The notes under the pieces: model-generated | The model's database searches: none | Seen by the model: only the letters and a program-made list of their open reading frames with translations | What the model was told of the DNA's origin: nothing | Source: the human T2T-CHM13v2.0 reference genome, Homo sapiens | Direction: 5' to 3' (one strand) | DNA length: 64,000 nucleotides | Assembly (NCBI RefSeq): GCF_009914755.1 | Contig: NC_060940.1 | Part shown: one piece after another, positions 11,581 to 29,579 of the stretch | How positions within the stretch are numbered: the first letter of the stretch is position 1 | How the letters are laid out: each line of letters begins with the position of its first letter | Made by a program: the position numbers and the translations under genes

Positions 11581-11902
11581 ATGTTCCTTTCTATATAAAT
11601 GATATTAGCCAAATAATTTAATAATATTATAAGTTTATGCTTGGAGATAGATAATTAAATTTGTGTTCATGAAAAAATGGAAAAACTATAGGATTTTAAA
11701 AGTTGACATGTTTACTTAATCTTTGTTTATTTCATTTTCAAAGTGGATTTGAAGCAAGTAGGGGTTTTAAGAATTAGACTTTTGGTGGAGCCAAGGTGGC
11801 CAAATAGGAACAGCTCCAGTCTACAGCTCCCAGCGTGAGCGACGCAGATGAATGATTTCTGCTTTTCTAACTGAGGTACCGGGTTCATCTCACTGGGGAT
11901 TG

Positions 11903-12202
11903 TCAGACAGTGGGTGCAGGACAGTGGGTGCAGAGCACCGAGCATGAGCTGAAGTAGCAAGGGGTCAGGGAATTCCCCTTCCTAGCCAAGAAAAGGGGTG
12001 ACAGACAGCACCTGGAAAATTGGGTCACTCCCACCCTAATACTGCACTTTTCCAATGGTCTTAGCAAACGGCACACCAGGAGATAGTATCCCGCGCCTGG
12101 CTCAGAGGGCCCTACACCCACAAAGCCTTGCTCATTGCTAGCACAGCAGTCCGAGATCAAACTGCAAGGTGGAAGCGAAGCGGGGGGAGGGGCGCCCGCC
12201 AT
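11903..12202 (-). CDS. LINE-1 ORF0 (antisense 5'UTR ORF), open, 99 aa
   Basis: MAGAPPPASLPPCSLISDCCASNEQGFVGVGPSEPG.. lies within ORF-track 11903..12391(-); ATG in GCAATGG context; expression not shown. Confidence 0.65.
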   Translation of the reverse strand: MAGAPPPASLPPCSLISDCCASNEQGFVGVGPSEPGAGYYLLVCRLLRPLEKCSIRVGVTQFSRCCLSPLFLARKGNSLTPCYFSSCSVLCTHCPAPTV

Positions 12203-12778
12203 TGCCGAGGCTTGAGTAGGTAAGCAAAGCGGCCAGGAAGCTTGAACTGGGTGGAGCCCACCACAGCTCAAGGAGGCATGCCTGCCTCTGTAGACTCCAC
12301 CTCTGGGGGCAGGGCATAGCCAAACAAAAGGCAGCAGAAACTTCTGCAGACTTAAATGTCCCTGTCTGACAGCTTTGAAGAGAGTAGTCATTCTCCCAGC
12401 ACGCAGCTGGAGATCTGAGAACAGACAGCCTGCCTACTCAAGTGGGTCCCTGACCCCCAAGTAGCCTAACTGGGAGGCACCCCCCAGTAGGGGCAGACTG
12501 ACACCTCACATGGCTGGGTACTCCGCTGAGACAAAACTTCCAGAGGAATGATCAGGCAGCAACATTTACTGTTCACCAATATCCACTGTTCTGCAGCCTC
12601 TCCTGCTGATACCCGGGCAAACAGGGTCTGGAGTGGACCTCCAGCAAACTCCAACAGACCTGCAGCTGAGGGTCCTGTCTGTTAGAAGGAAAGCTAACAA
12701 ACAGAAAGGACATCCACACCAAAAACCCCATCTGTACATCACCATCATCAAAGACCAAAGGTAGATAAAACCACAAAG

Positions 12779-13791
12779 ATGGGGAAAAAACACAGCAGAA
12801 AAACTGAAAATTCTAAAAGGCAGAGTGCCTCTCCTCCTCCTAAAGAATGCAGCTCCTCACCAGCAACGGAACAAAGCTGAATGGAGAATGACTGACAAGT
12901 TGAGAGAAGAAGGCTTCAGACAATCAAACTACTCTGAGCTAAAGGAGGAAGTTCGAAACCATGGCAAAGAAGTTAAAAACCTTGAAAAAAGATTAGGCGA
13001 ATGGCTAACTAGAATAACCAATGCAGAGAAGTCCTTAAAGGACCTGATGGAGCTGAAAACCATGGCAGGATAACTACGTGACAAATGCACAGGACTCAGT
13101 AGACGATTTGATCAACTGCAAGAAGGGTATCAGTGATGGAAGGTCAAATGAATGAAATGAAGCAAGAAGAGAAGTTTAGAGAAAAAAGAATAAAAAGAAA
13201 CGAACAAAGCCTCCAAGAAATATGGGACTATGTGAAAAGACCAAATCTACATCTGACTGGTGTACCTGAAAGTGACAGGGAGAATGGAACCAAGTTGGAA
13301 AGCACTCTGCAGGATATTATCCAGGAGAACTTCCCCAATCTAGCAAGGCAGGCCAACATTCAGATTCAGGAAATACAGAGAACACCACAAAGATACTCCT
13401 CGAGAAGAGCAACTCCAAGACACATAATTGTCAGATTCACCAAAGTTGAAATGAAGGAAAAAATGTTAAGGGCAGCCAGAGAGAAAGATCGGGTTACCCA
13501 CAAAGGGAAGCCCATCAGACTAACAGCTGATCTCTCGGCAGAAACTCTACAAGCCAGAAGAGAGTGGGGACCAATATTCAACAATCTTAAAGAAAAGAAT
13601 TTTCAACCCAGAATTTCATATCCAGCCAAACTAAGCTTCATAAGTGAAGGAGAAATAAAATCCTTCACAGACAAGCAAATGCTGAGAGATATAGTCACCA
13701 CCAGGCCTGCCTTAAAAGAGCTCCTGAAGGAAGCACTGAACATGGAAAGGAAAAATCGTACCAGCCACTGCAAAAACATGCCAAATTGTAA
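12779..13791 (+). pseudogene. L1 ORF1p (RNA-binding chaperone), disrupted
   Basis: ATGGGGAAAAAAC start; ORF fragments 12825-13073 and 13133-13807 (QSLQEIWDYVKRPNL..RATPRHII..YPAKLSF); stops and frameshifts. Confidence 0.93.
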
Positions 13792-13854
13792 AGACCATCG
13801 AGGCTAGGAAGAAACTGCATCAACTAACGAGCAAAATAACCAGCTAACATCATA

Positions 13855-18779
<4,925 letters not shown>

Positions 18780-20150
18780 ACAAGGAGAACACGTAGACAC
18801 AGGAAGGGGAACATCACACACTGAGGCCTGTTGTGGGGTGGGGGTAGGGGCGAGGGATAGCATTAGGAGATATACCTAATGTAAATGACGAGTTAATGGG
18901 TGCAGCACACCAACGTGGCACATGTATACATATGTAACAAACCTTCACGTTGTGCACATGTACCCTAAAACTTTAATAATAATAAAAAAGAGCTTTTTAA
19001 AGGGGTTTCAGATGGTTAGGCTTCTTATGGTATAATTGCTAAGAAGACTAATTTTTTGTCAATATTATTAATGTCTTTCATTAAATATATTTAACTTCTA
19101 GCTAAAACTCTTAAATAAATTTTTAGCCTGGTGGGCATATAAGCTGGAAGGCACAAAAGCCTGCATTCACTTTTAGAGAAAATGGTTGAAATTCCAATAT
19201 CTACTTATTCTATTTTAGTTCAGAGGAAAAAAATGGAGGCGGGACGGCAGGGGAGCTGGGAGTTTGTTCTCAAATGTTCGTAGAAGCCTTGATTGTAGTA
19301 GAAACCTTACCAGGGTTTGATGGGCAAATCAGCATGGAGTAAAAATGGTTCCTCTAATAGAAACTTCTTCCTTTTTGAACCTCTAATGTTTTAAATTTAC
19401 TTTGAAACGTCTACCTTGTGGGCCTCTTTCTGCTTTCCAAAGTCACAAAAAATAAGGCATCTACGTACTCCTCAAGACAGCCTTTTATTTTTCCTGGAAG
19501 CCACTGAAAACCAAGGGTCTGCATCAGAGAATGCTGAGTGTTCATTCACTGGTGGTTTTTGAGGCAATATCTAGGGAATCCTTCTGTAGTGACTCCCCAG
19601 TGGAGATTCAAGAAACTTGTATAATTTCGGTTTAAAAACCTTTGAGGTATATTCCATTCAGACATTTTATGGGATATAGTCAAAAAGCACAAATATATAT
19701 TTTAGTACTCCAATCCTTTGGGAAAGAGTGTTCTTGGGTAAAAATTGTGCACCTTGGATAAAAATATGCACCATAACAGAGATTCTGTTGTGCATTTATT
19801 TTATAGTTTTACTAAGACATACTGATACATTTCTTAAGGATAAAAAAGTGTTAATCTCCCCTCACTTATACAATAAAACCCTAAAATTAAAGTTGATCTA
19901 GTTAGTTTCCTTCTTCTACAATTGTCCATGATTTAACAATGCCACGATTCATCTTGTGACATCATATATGCCCTATATTATTGTGCAGAATATCCTTGCA
20001 ATAGTGTGCACTCTTTTTATCTTTTTCCCACCTTTATTTTGTTGTACATATTTATGCAAAATTGTGTTTATTTGATTAGGTACATAGTAAACACATGGGA
20101 GGGAGGGGCCAAGTGATATACTTGGTGCCAATGTATTGTGATAAATATTA

Positions 20151-20220
20151 CAAAAGCTTTCATTAAGTGAAGATAAGAGATATTCCAAAAGCTTTCATTA
20201 AGTGAAGGTAGGAGATATTC
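20151..20220 (+). repeat. 35-bp tandem duplication (2 copies)
   Basis: CAAAAGCTTTCATTAAGTGAAG(A/G)TA(A/G)GAGATATTC twice, 2 mismatches. Confidence 0.92.
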
Positions 20221-22219
20221 CAGAGATAAATGCATTGATTAAAAGTGAAGATGGCAGTGATAAGCTGACTTTTTTCCCACAATGCCTTTGGCTACTATAG
20301 ATATGGTGATGGGAGTTTCTAATAGTAGAAGCCTCATTAAATTTGGCAAAACCTAAGGCTATTTCCTCTTCCTTATATTCATCTTGTTCACAATGCACAC
20401 TTTATAGGGAGGTCTGGAATATCAATATTGAAATTTCCATGATGGTTCAGACCATAGGGCATTAAAAACCTTAAGATTGTGCAAGTCACATTAACTTAAT
20501 AATAAGGGTTTTGTATAAAGGAACAGGAGACGCTAGTATCAAAAACAAAATAAAAATTCTTTTAGGTTTCTAATTTACGGTGACATAAGAGGCTTATCTA
20601 AAGCAAGATATGGCAAATGAATGCATAATACATTTAAAAGTACATAGCATTATTAATAGCAATAATAATATTACATTGACACCTTTTAATATTTAGTTTT
20701 AGATAATGCTGGGTGTTGTCAAAATCACCATTATATTTCAGAAATTTACTTTTGTTTGACAAAGAAATAAAATAAGTCATAAGCATATGTACATCGAATG
20801 AATTTTAAACACTTTACCTCCCCCTTATAAGCAGGGTGATTTGCTTTCATAGTAAAAAGAAAAAAAATCAGGAAAGAAAATGGCGTAGCATCACTGAGCC
20901 CACATAGCTACAGCTGCTCACTGAAAAGACAAATTATTTTCTGCTGCATATTCTCACGCTTTGTATGCATGTGTTGGTATCTCTAGCATAAGGTATCAAC
21001 AAACCACTGACCTTATTTATTCTGTCAAAATTCAGAATCTGTATTCTGTCATATGAGGTATAAACATTGTTAACATACACAGTGTGATTTTTCAGAAAAC
21101 AATATTTCAGTGAAGTCAACAAAATAAACTTCTTTCTCCTTTAAAAAATGATTATAGAGGGGAAGAATTCAAAAAGGGGTTCTGGGCAGCTGGGCTGTGG
21201 TTTGGGACTGGGCGTTGTTTGCTGTCCATGGTGCTGATCCATTCTTCCCTGCATCCTGTGGGGGCTCACTCTCCAGAAGAACCACAGAACGGTTACCTGC
21301 AGAGTTCTTATCTGGAACCACTTGACAAGGTTTCTTTTCCCTACAGAGGTTGAAGTTGAGGAAAAAACTCCTTTAATTGACTTCAGGATTCCAAATAAAC
21401 ATTGAGTAAACTTCAATGGGACTCAGAGCCATTGTTTAATATCTACTCCATGGCTGCATGGCTAGGATTGTGTTCTAGTAAGGAAATGAATGGCATATCC
21501 AATGTGTGAAGAATCGTCTTTCTGTTTAACACCTTTGACTTATTAAATATAACCTTACCATGGAAGATGTAAGGTTGAATAACACACTGAAAACATGTTA
21601 GTGAAGAAGAAGGTATAGTATGTCTAATTTTCATTTGATTCCATTAGATATCTTTTGAAAGTATTTAATGTAAAGTGTTAGTACTTGCAGTATGCAGATT
21701 CATCAGGTTTGGGCTATAGCATTTGTGACCACAGCAAATCAGGTATTTTTATTAGAACAAGTGATCTTTTCAAAGCTTTCTCTCAAGGTGCACTTTAATC
21801 TGTGCTGCCTATTGCATTCATACTTTCCCATACTAAGATCTGGCCTATAGATTTTAAGGTCTTGTGTTGACACAAGAAACAGAAGAGGAACAATATCCTT
21901 TGTTAGCTCATGATGCTTCTTGAAGAATAACACTTATACTATCTGGAGTCTTCAAGATGATCAGTTTTATTCTAATCCTGAAGGAGCTTCTGCAGAAGAA
22001 ATTAGAGCAAAACAGGACACTTGGAATTATGCACTATTTTTGTTAAATGTGAAAAATCTGCATTGAAGGTCATTAAAAGAGAGGAAAAAAGTCTGGAGAC
22101 AATGCCTCTTCATAGAAAGGTGAGAAATAAATAATAAAAATAAAAATGATTCTGGGGACATGCAGCTAAAAGAATCAAACTGTGTTTTCTTAATGACTTA
22201 ATTATGACACCACCTACAA

Positions 22220-22543
22220 CAGAGGTCAGAAATATTTTCCTGTTGTCAAACAGTAAATATTTCAATATTTGGGACCAAACAGATTTTGTTGCAATTATTT
22301 AACAATAACGTTATAGCAAGAAAGCAGCCATAGATCACATGCAAAGAAATGGTAATGGCTGTCTACCAATAAAGCCTTATTTACAGAAACAAAAATGTGA
22401 GTTTTATATAATTTTAACATATTACAAAATAATATTCCTCTGATTTTTTCATAGATAAATGTATAAAAACCACTTTTAGCTCATGGGCTAAAACAGAAAA
22501 TTGACCAGATTTTTTCCCATGGTCTGTAGTTTGTTTATCCCTG
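22220..22543 (+). mobile_element. MER58B-like hAT-Charlie DNA transposon
   Basis: CAGAGGTC..ATCCCTG termini, AAAGCAGCCATAGA, GGCTGTCTACCAATAAA; degenerate 8-bp TSD ACCTACAA/GTCTACAG. Confidence 0.78.
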
Positions 22544-22859
22544 GTCTACAGCAATAGTTTAGAAATAAGTACAAGGTATAAAATAAAATTGTAGATAAAA
22601 AGCAACTTTGAACCTAAATTTAAACTGTCTTTAATTAGATAACATTTTCTTGAGGATTTCACATATGTTCTTTGAAATATTTGACACCTTCAAAATATTG
22701 ACCTTTCCAGTTTTGACAAAAACTTGTTCGAGATGTTTTTGAGATGTTTCATATTAAATCCGGCTTTATGGGCAACCCAATTAACTGAACACTTGATAGA
22801 TGCCAGGCATTGTGCTTAGGGTGTACTTAAAGAATTAAGGGTTTCCTTTGAGCTTTAAA

Positions 22860-23620
22860 AGATCTTTTACAAAGTGCAATTTGATATATGTCGTATCCCT
22901 ACTTACAATTATTGACTTGATTCCAATTGTCACAAGCATGAAGTCCTTAATATAATGTACATTACTTTCCCAGACCTGGCCCCTATCCTTCTTTTCAGAA
23001 GAAAAACTAAGGCATCTGCCTACTTCTTAAACTATAGGAGCCTTCTTTCAGTTCATTAAACAATATGCTTTAAGGAAAAAAAAAGGAATCCATTGATACT
23101 CTTCTAACTGGATTACACTTGCTTCTCTATTCATCTCGTTATAACAATTATTCCTTAAATTGGCATTTAATTATTCAGGGGGCCTTCTATAACCTCTAGA
23201 TAAGATTAAATCCCTTTTTGAGCTGGATGCAGTGGCACAAGCCTGTAGTCCCAGTTACTTGGGAGGCTTAGGCAGGAGGATCACTTGAGCCCAGAGTTTG
23301 AGCCTTCAGTGAGCTATGACTGGGACACTGCACTCCAGCTTGGGAGACAGAGCAAGACTTCATCTCTAAAAAATCAAAATAAAAAGATTAAATTATTTTT
23401 ACATGTTTCTATAGCACCATATATCTTCTATTTCAATGCACATTTGTAATTACTTATTTAGTAGATGTCTTCTCAATTTCCCTCTTTGCCCAAAGGTAGA
23501 AGAAGGCAAGGACCTTGTCTATTACACTCAATATTTAGTTCTTACACATTATAGTACATGGCCTGGCATACAATAAGGCATGTAAGATGTGCTCAAATAT
23601 ATATGTTGAATTGGATTCAA
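22860..23620 (+). mobile_element. L2 LINE 3' fragment, interrupted by a FRAM
   Basis: GAAGGCAAGGACCTTGTCT..GGCCTGGCATACAATAAG..GTGCTCAAATATATATGTTGAAT. Confidence 0.7.
23220..23383 (+). mobile_element. FRAM free right Alu monomer
   Basis: Single monomer with CCTGTAGTCCCAG..CAGTGAGCTATGA; TSD AAGATTAAAT at 23202 and 23384. Confidence 0.85.
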
Positions 23621-23842
23621 TTGACAACCTCTCAGTTAAATAGTACAGAACAGTAAGTAAACAAAACATAATCCTAAAAGCAAGATACTAGTTGTGCAGC
23701 CTTGAAATAATCTGTTGCAACCTTTGAACCAGTTTCTAAATCATCCTAATGGAGTATTGTTCCTGAAATTGATAATGCTTTGTCAAGAATGGATATTGCT
23801 TATTGACTTAATTGGCTTTAATAATGCTATCATAAGAGGGAT

Positions 23843-24156
<314 letters not shown>

Positions 24157-26719
24157 TACTGAATTTTGTAGAATGCAGAAGCATACTATCACCTCCCCCT
24201 GCCCAACTTTCTAGATGCCATTACCAAGTTTTGTCCATTAAGTTTTTGTGATGTAACAGTGAAGACAATTTTCCAGAAATTCATGAAATTGTTTTTAATG
24301 GCAATATTTAAAAGCTGGCAAAAAATTAGTGATGCCCTCTTTTTAAAAGATGATGGCGTTTTTAAAATATAGAGAAATATTTATCATACTCACAGCTTCC
24401 TGTTTCATTTTAATACTTAACTTGAAACAGTTTAGACTGATGACCCACTAGCTTGAAGAAACCCAGAACTGTGCAAAAAGAGCATATTTCTATGAATTGC
24501 AAAATCGAGGGAAAAGGACTAAATTTGTGTTGTTTTAGATATGGTGTTAAAAGCCTAAAATCACTTTTTTCAAAACTTGGTTAGAGAGAAGCATTTTGAA
24601 TATATTTATAGTGCTTCTGAATAGTTTTCTCTGGATTTCATGTTTTCGTTATACTTGTAGGTTAGGAAAATGGATAGTATAGGTGACACACTTTACTATA
24701 ATTCAATAATATGAAAAAATAAACCAGTCATGTTGATGTTATGCACACACATTCTTTCTTTCATTTCAAGTCATTTACTTGACAGTTTCATTTATTATTT
24801 TACTTTAAAAAAACTCCTTATATTAAAAATCTGAGCTAATAGCATTAATACATATGAATTATTTATTAAGTAACTTTAATTCGTTCACCTAAATATGCAC
24901 AAAGACGACAAGTATACACAAGTTCAGTTTGGCTAGACAATTAAATTGCATTTTAAAAATTATACCAATGACATCATTATCATTTAACATAGGATTATTT
25001 TAAATTAAACAAACTTGTATCTGCATCCTCATATTAAGAATACTCAGAACTCGTTAAAGAGTATGAGAAAATTGAAACCATTTTATTTACTTATAAAGCC
25101 TCAAAAGTAGAAAGACTAATAAAATTCAACCTCTGAATATTACTAAGTATTCCTGATAATTAAATATAAATAAATATCTGGTAACTAACATTAATCAATA
25201 GAATGCTATTTGTTTCCTCTGATAGAGGATTAAATAGATGACCTTTTCTTAACCTATTTAAGAATATTTTAATCTCATAGCTCTCATTAATGTTTTATGA
25301 TGTTAGTCTCTTAGACTATTAAAATTTGTAAGAATAACTTTACAGGTTTGGTGATTTTCAAAAATATAATCGTAATTAATTTGTTAACATGTGGGTGTGA
25401 ATCACAATGAACTGAAATACACTGGAGAATAGATATTCAAGAGGGAGGCATTAGTTAAGAAGTTATTCTCATTAAATATCCATACTTCACATTTCAATAT
25501 GCTTTAGTAGTTATCTGCTTATGGTTGTAAACACATTACATAAAGGAAACTATATTATGATATATTTTAGAATTTGGTGAACCCCAAATGTCACTATACT
25601 TGACTTGTGATGTTCTTTTCAAAACATATATAAACATTTCCCTCATAAGAATATTAAAGCACTCATGCTTTGGTAATTTTCCCAGGGATAACAAGTTGAT
25701 GTTGTGATCTGTGTTAGCCAGTCCAGTTTGGCTTCCTTTGAAAGTTTTATACCCTCTTCTGAGTGTCAGACCCTGTTCTCCGGGCAACATTCAGGCATGT
25801 GACAGTCGTGAGTAATCATAACATGCTCAACTCCTGGCAACAGCGATCGGCCCAAGAGGAGAGCACATCTACCTAAGCATGAATAATACTGAGTGTTCTT
25901 TCCTGGGATCAGTATACAGATACTAGGAGACAATTTTCCAGATTTCTGAGATTTCTAAATTGCAGCTCCTATGTCCTGTTCACCATCTGGAGAGATTTAC
26001 CACAAGAGCAGAGAATAAATCACAACTCAGAGAAACAGAGAAAAGCATAGAGAGGAAACACGAAATTAAAGAAATACGTTTTACCTGCAGGTTTTGAGTC
26101 TCCAGACGTCTGTCTCTTTCCTTTCTATCCGCTTTTCTTCAATTTACTTAAGCTGTCCCCGTGATGTTAATGGTTATCTCGGCCAAATAATTCCTCAAGG
26201 TTCAAATGAAGTTTCAGATAGGCATTGTTCTAATTCTTAAGCCTATACTTTTATACATTATAATGATGTTAACCACACAAGTATTTTATTTTTAAAAAGT
26301 GTAAGTTTTATAAACCATCAACACAAATCAGTTTACTTCAAATTGGCGTTATTCATTTCCAGATATTGCCCTCCATGTGTGCACCAAATCTCTAAGAAAA
26401 AAGAGAAAGGTGAATATATAGCATATTCTTTTAAAGCTTTAATGGATGTCCAAACATGGTAAGTTGTCTGATACTGGTAAATAAGTGGACAAAAGCCGAA
26501 GATATTTTTGAGATTATTTTGTAGCCAAGGGGTGGATAAATAAAATATAAAGGAGATTTCAAAGGAAGACTTGAAAAATTAATGGAAATAAAAGTGATCA
26601 GGCTAGCTGTGATCTGATGTGGAATTATTTAATTCTGATCAGAGGCATAGGAACCATTTATATTAACAGAGAGGTATCTGGCAACACTTTTTATGGCAAT
26701 ATCACTTCAAAACACTCAC

Positions 26720-26721
26720 AT

Positions 26722-26760
<39 letters not shown>

Positions 26761-27031
26761 CTGAGACAGGGTCTCACTCTGTCCCCCAGGCTGGAGTGCA
26801 GTGGCACCATCATGACACACTTCAGCCTCAACCCTCCCAGGCACAAGCGATCTTCCCACCTCAACCCCTTGAATAGCTGGGACTACAGGCAAGCACCACC
26901 AAGATTGGCTAATTTTTTTTTCTCTTTTTTTTGTAGAGACAGGGTTTCACCATGTTGCCCAAGCTGGTCTCAAACTCCTGGGCTCAAGTGTCAACCTAAC
27001 TCAGCCTCACAAAGTGCTGAGATTACAGGCC
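26720..27031 (-). mobile_element. AluJ SINE with (TTTA)n tail
   Basis: J-type CTCCTGGGCTCAAG and ACAGGGTCTCACT; TSD CAAAACACTCACATTTA / CAAAGCGCTCATATTTA. Confidence 0.9.
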
Positions 27032-28937
27032 CAAAGCGCTCATATTTACAGCGTATTTTCCAACTGCATGTAAGTAGAAAAATAGGTAAGCAAATACATT
27101 TTTCTTTAAAAAATGTTGCTAGCTCATTAGTTTGATTAATTATAAAATGACTTTCCTATCTGTCCCACATTTCTGGGTAACTTTGTCCTCACTAAATTTA
27201 TAACTTCCAAGTGGTCTCATAATAGAATATGCTAGTAAAAAGTAAAGTGAAATTTTGTAGCTCTTTTGTGTTTATTAATTTAAACAAAGCTTAATGCCAG
27301 TTTTTATATTTTTCATTGAGAGCTTTCATGGCTCAGATCATGTATTAATCTTTCCCCTCCGAAATTCCCCCAAATAGATAAGTCAACAAGATGAGTGCTG
27401 AGCTTTTATTTGAACAAACCTAAACATCGATACCATTCTGCTATCAGAATAGAGAGAAAATACATTGATGATTAGCAAGAATTTTTAAAAGCATGTGATT
27501 TTGTGTGTGAATGTGTGTGTGTAACATGTCTGTATGCCTGAAGGTGTGTGGAATATGCATAATTATCCATAGAGTGATTTCTTGCTCGAGAATACTAAGT
27601 CTAAGGTAACCATACCTATGAATGGCATTAGAGCCAACTCAGGAAGATCAAATGTAGGTAGGGAATCACTCCAAAAACCAGTTAGCTGGTGTTGAGTAAA
27701 GAATATGAGGTAGGTTGTAGGACTTAGAATATCAGGTAGATATTCTATTTTACCAGGTAAATTAAAAACTTGAGTCAAAGAGCAGATTCGAAGACTTTTT
27801 TTTTAATTTTGCAGATAAAATAAAACAAGATTCCAAGTGGTCTACAGCCAGGGATTACATAAATAAAGAAGCTCAACAGCTTGTAGGTCAGTATCCAGAT
27901 AGTCCAGTACAATTTAGTTGAAGTTCACGGCAGGATTAAAAGCCTGGAGATATAAATCATATAAAGGAAAGAGAGAGTATGGTAAAGTTTTATAACTGCA
28001 TGTGTTGGGGAAGGAGAAGTATGGTAGATGAAGGCAGTCTGTGATTGAGTCTGCGAGTGAACCCTACATCTGGTATTTAACTGTGGCAGCAGAGAAAGAC
28101 AGTGAGCTAGTTGCCTTCATCAGCTTGATTTTTTTTGTTCTTCGCATTTTATTACGCATTCTGAACACTGTCTCAGGAATGAAAAGTGAGACCATGGAGT
28201 GCAAAATTGTTTCCCTGTCCAAACATTCTATCAGTTTTGATCATACTTTGATGTTGAAAATAAGTAAGTCCAATCCATTTGTTTCTCTCATCTATCTCTT
28301 GAGTTCTAACTATTCGATTTCTAAGCTGTCTTGGATGAGAATTAATTTTTACTCTGCCTTCCTATAGACTGGGGAAAGAATGTCTTCATGCATAAATTTT
28401 CTGTGATTTTTTTTTTCAAAATCTCAACATCGTTGCATCTCAGCACTCTTTCAGCACTTGATTCTCTGAAGGAAGGAAAGTAATGTTACAAAAGAGGCAA
28501 TGAGTTTCAAGCAGGTAGAACTCCAGGTTATTGTGTCCTCTTTTGGAGAGAAATAGAAAGCTGATTTTAGGTTCACTGGTAAGCTCAGGGTGGAGAAGTA
28601 TACTTTTCCCTATCCTTAGCCACAAAGTCCCTGAGAATATATAGATTATATAAGAACCATGAACCATTTAAAATAAAGTCCAAACAATACAAATAAAGAA
28701 TAATTAAGCTGTCCAATCAGGAAAGCAAATTTTGTGACAGTTTTGATAAAAGAAGTAACATTTTACTCCTCAGCAATTTTCTTAAATGCATCTCCTAATA
28801 CTTATGTACATTGTGACAAGAGAAAGAAGAAAATTTTAAAGGGGAATAAAGTGTAATCAAAAATCACCCTATCTGTTTATGTAGTTCATGTGAATCAAAT
28901 GAGATAGAGTGTGAAGGCTCATTTACAATTTCCCATA

Positions 28938-29128
28938 AGATATGGTTTGGATGTTTGTTCCTTCCAAATCTCATACTGAAATGTTATCCCCATTGTTGGA
29001 GGTGGGATGTGTTTGGATCACAGAGGTGGATTCCTCATGAGTGTCTTCTCCCAGTAATGAGTGAGTTCTTGCTCTGAGTTCACATAAGATTTGGTAGTTT
29101 AAGATAGTGTGGCACCTCCTCCTCCCTT

Positions 29129-29173
<45 letters not shown>

Positions 29174-29358
29174 GTAACACTGCCTGATCTCCTTTCACTT
29201 TCCACTGTGATTGGAAGCTTCCTGAGGTCCTTACCAGAAGCAGATGCTGGCACCATGCTTTTTGTACAGCCTGAAGAATTGTGAGTTAAAATAAACCTTT
29301 TGTCTTTATAGATTACAAGGCTCAAATATCCTTTTAGCAAAGAAAATTACCTAACACA
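28938..29358 (+). mobile_element. MST (MSTA/MSTB-like) MaLR solo LTR containing a (TC)n microsatellite at 29131-29168
   Basis: GATATGGTTTGGATGTTTGTTCCTTCCAAATCTCAT..GAAGCTTCCTGAGG..CAGAAGCAGATGCTGGCACCATGCTT..CTAACACA. Confidence 0.88.
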
Positions 29359-29579
29359 ACATATAACAAGATTGGTGTCATGAACCTTCAGATGACTCAG
29401 TTTTTTAATTTGTCAAATGGGGATAAAATGTTTATGCAGAGTCACATCCCTAATATATTGACAACAGTGGATTAGAATCTTTGGATTTTTTACTCCTGTT
29501 CTCATGTCTTTTATTTCCCTGCAGCTCAAAAAGAGTGCTGCATATCAAAAAACAATGCAAAGACAGATACAGAATTGCA

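Noticed and set aside
26617-27135. 172-aa ORF
   Set aside because: It reads through a (TTTA)n tail and antisense AluJ, giving a typical Alu-derived spurious peptide ([11 protein letters not shown]).
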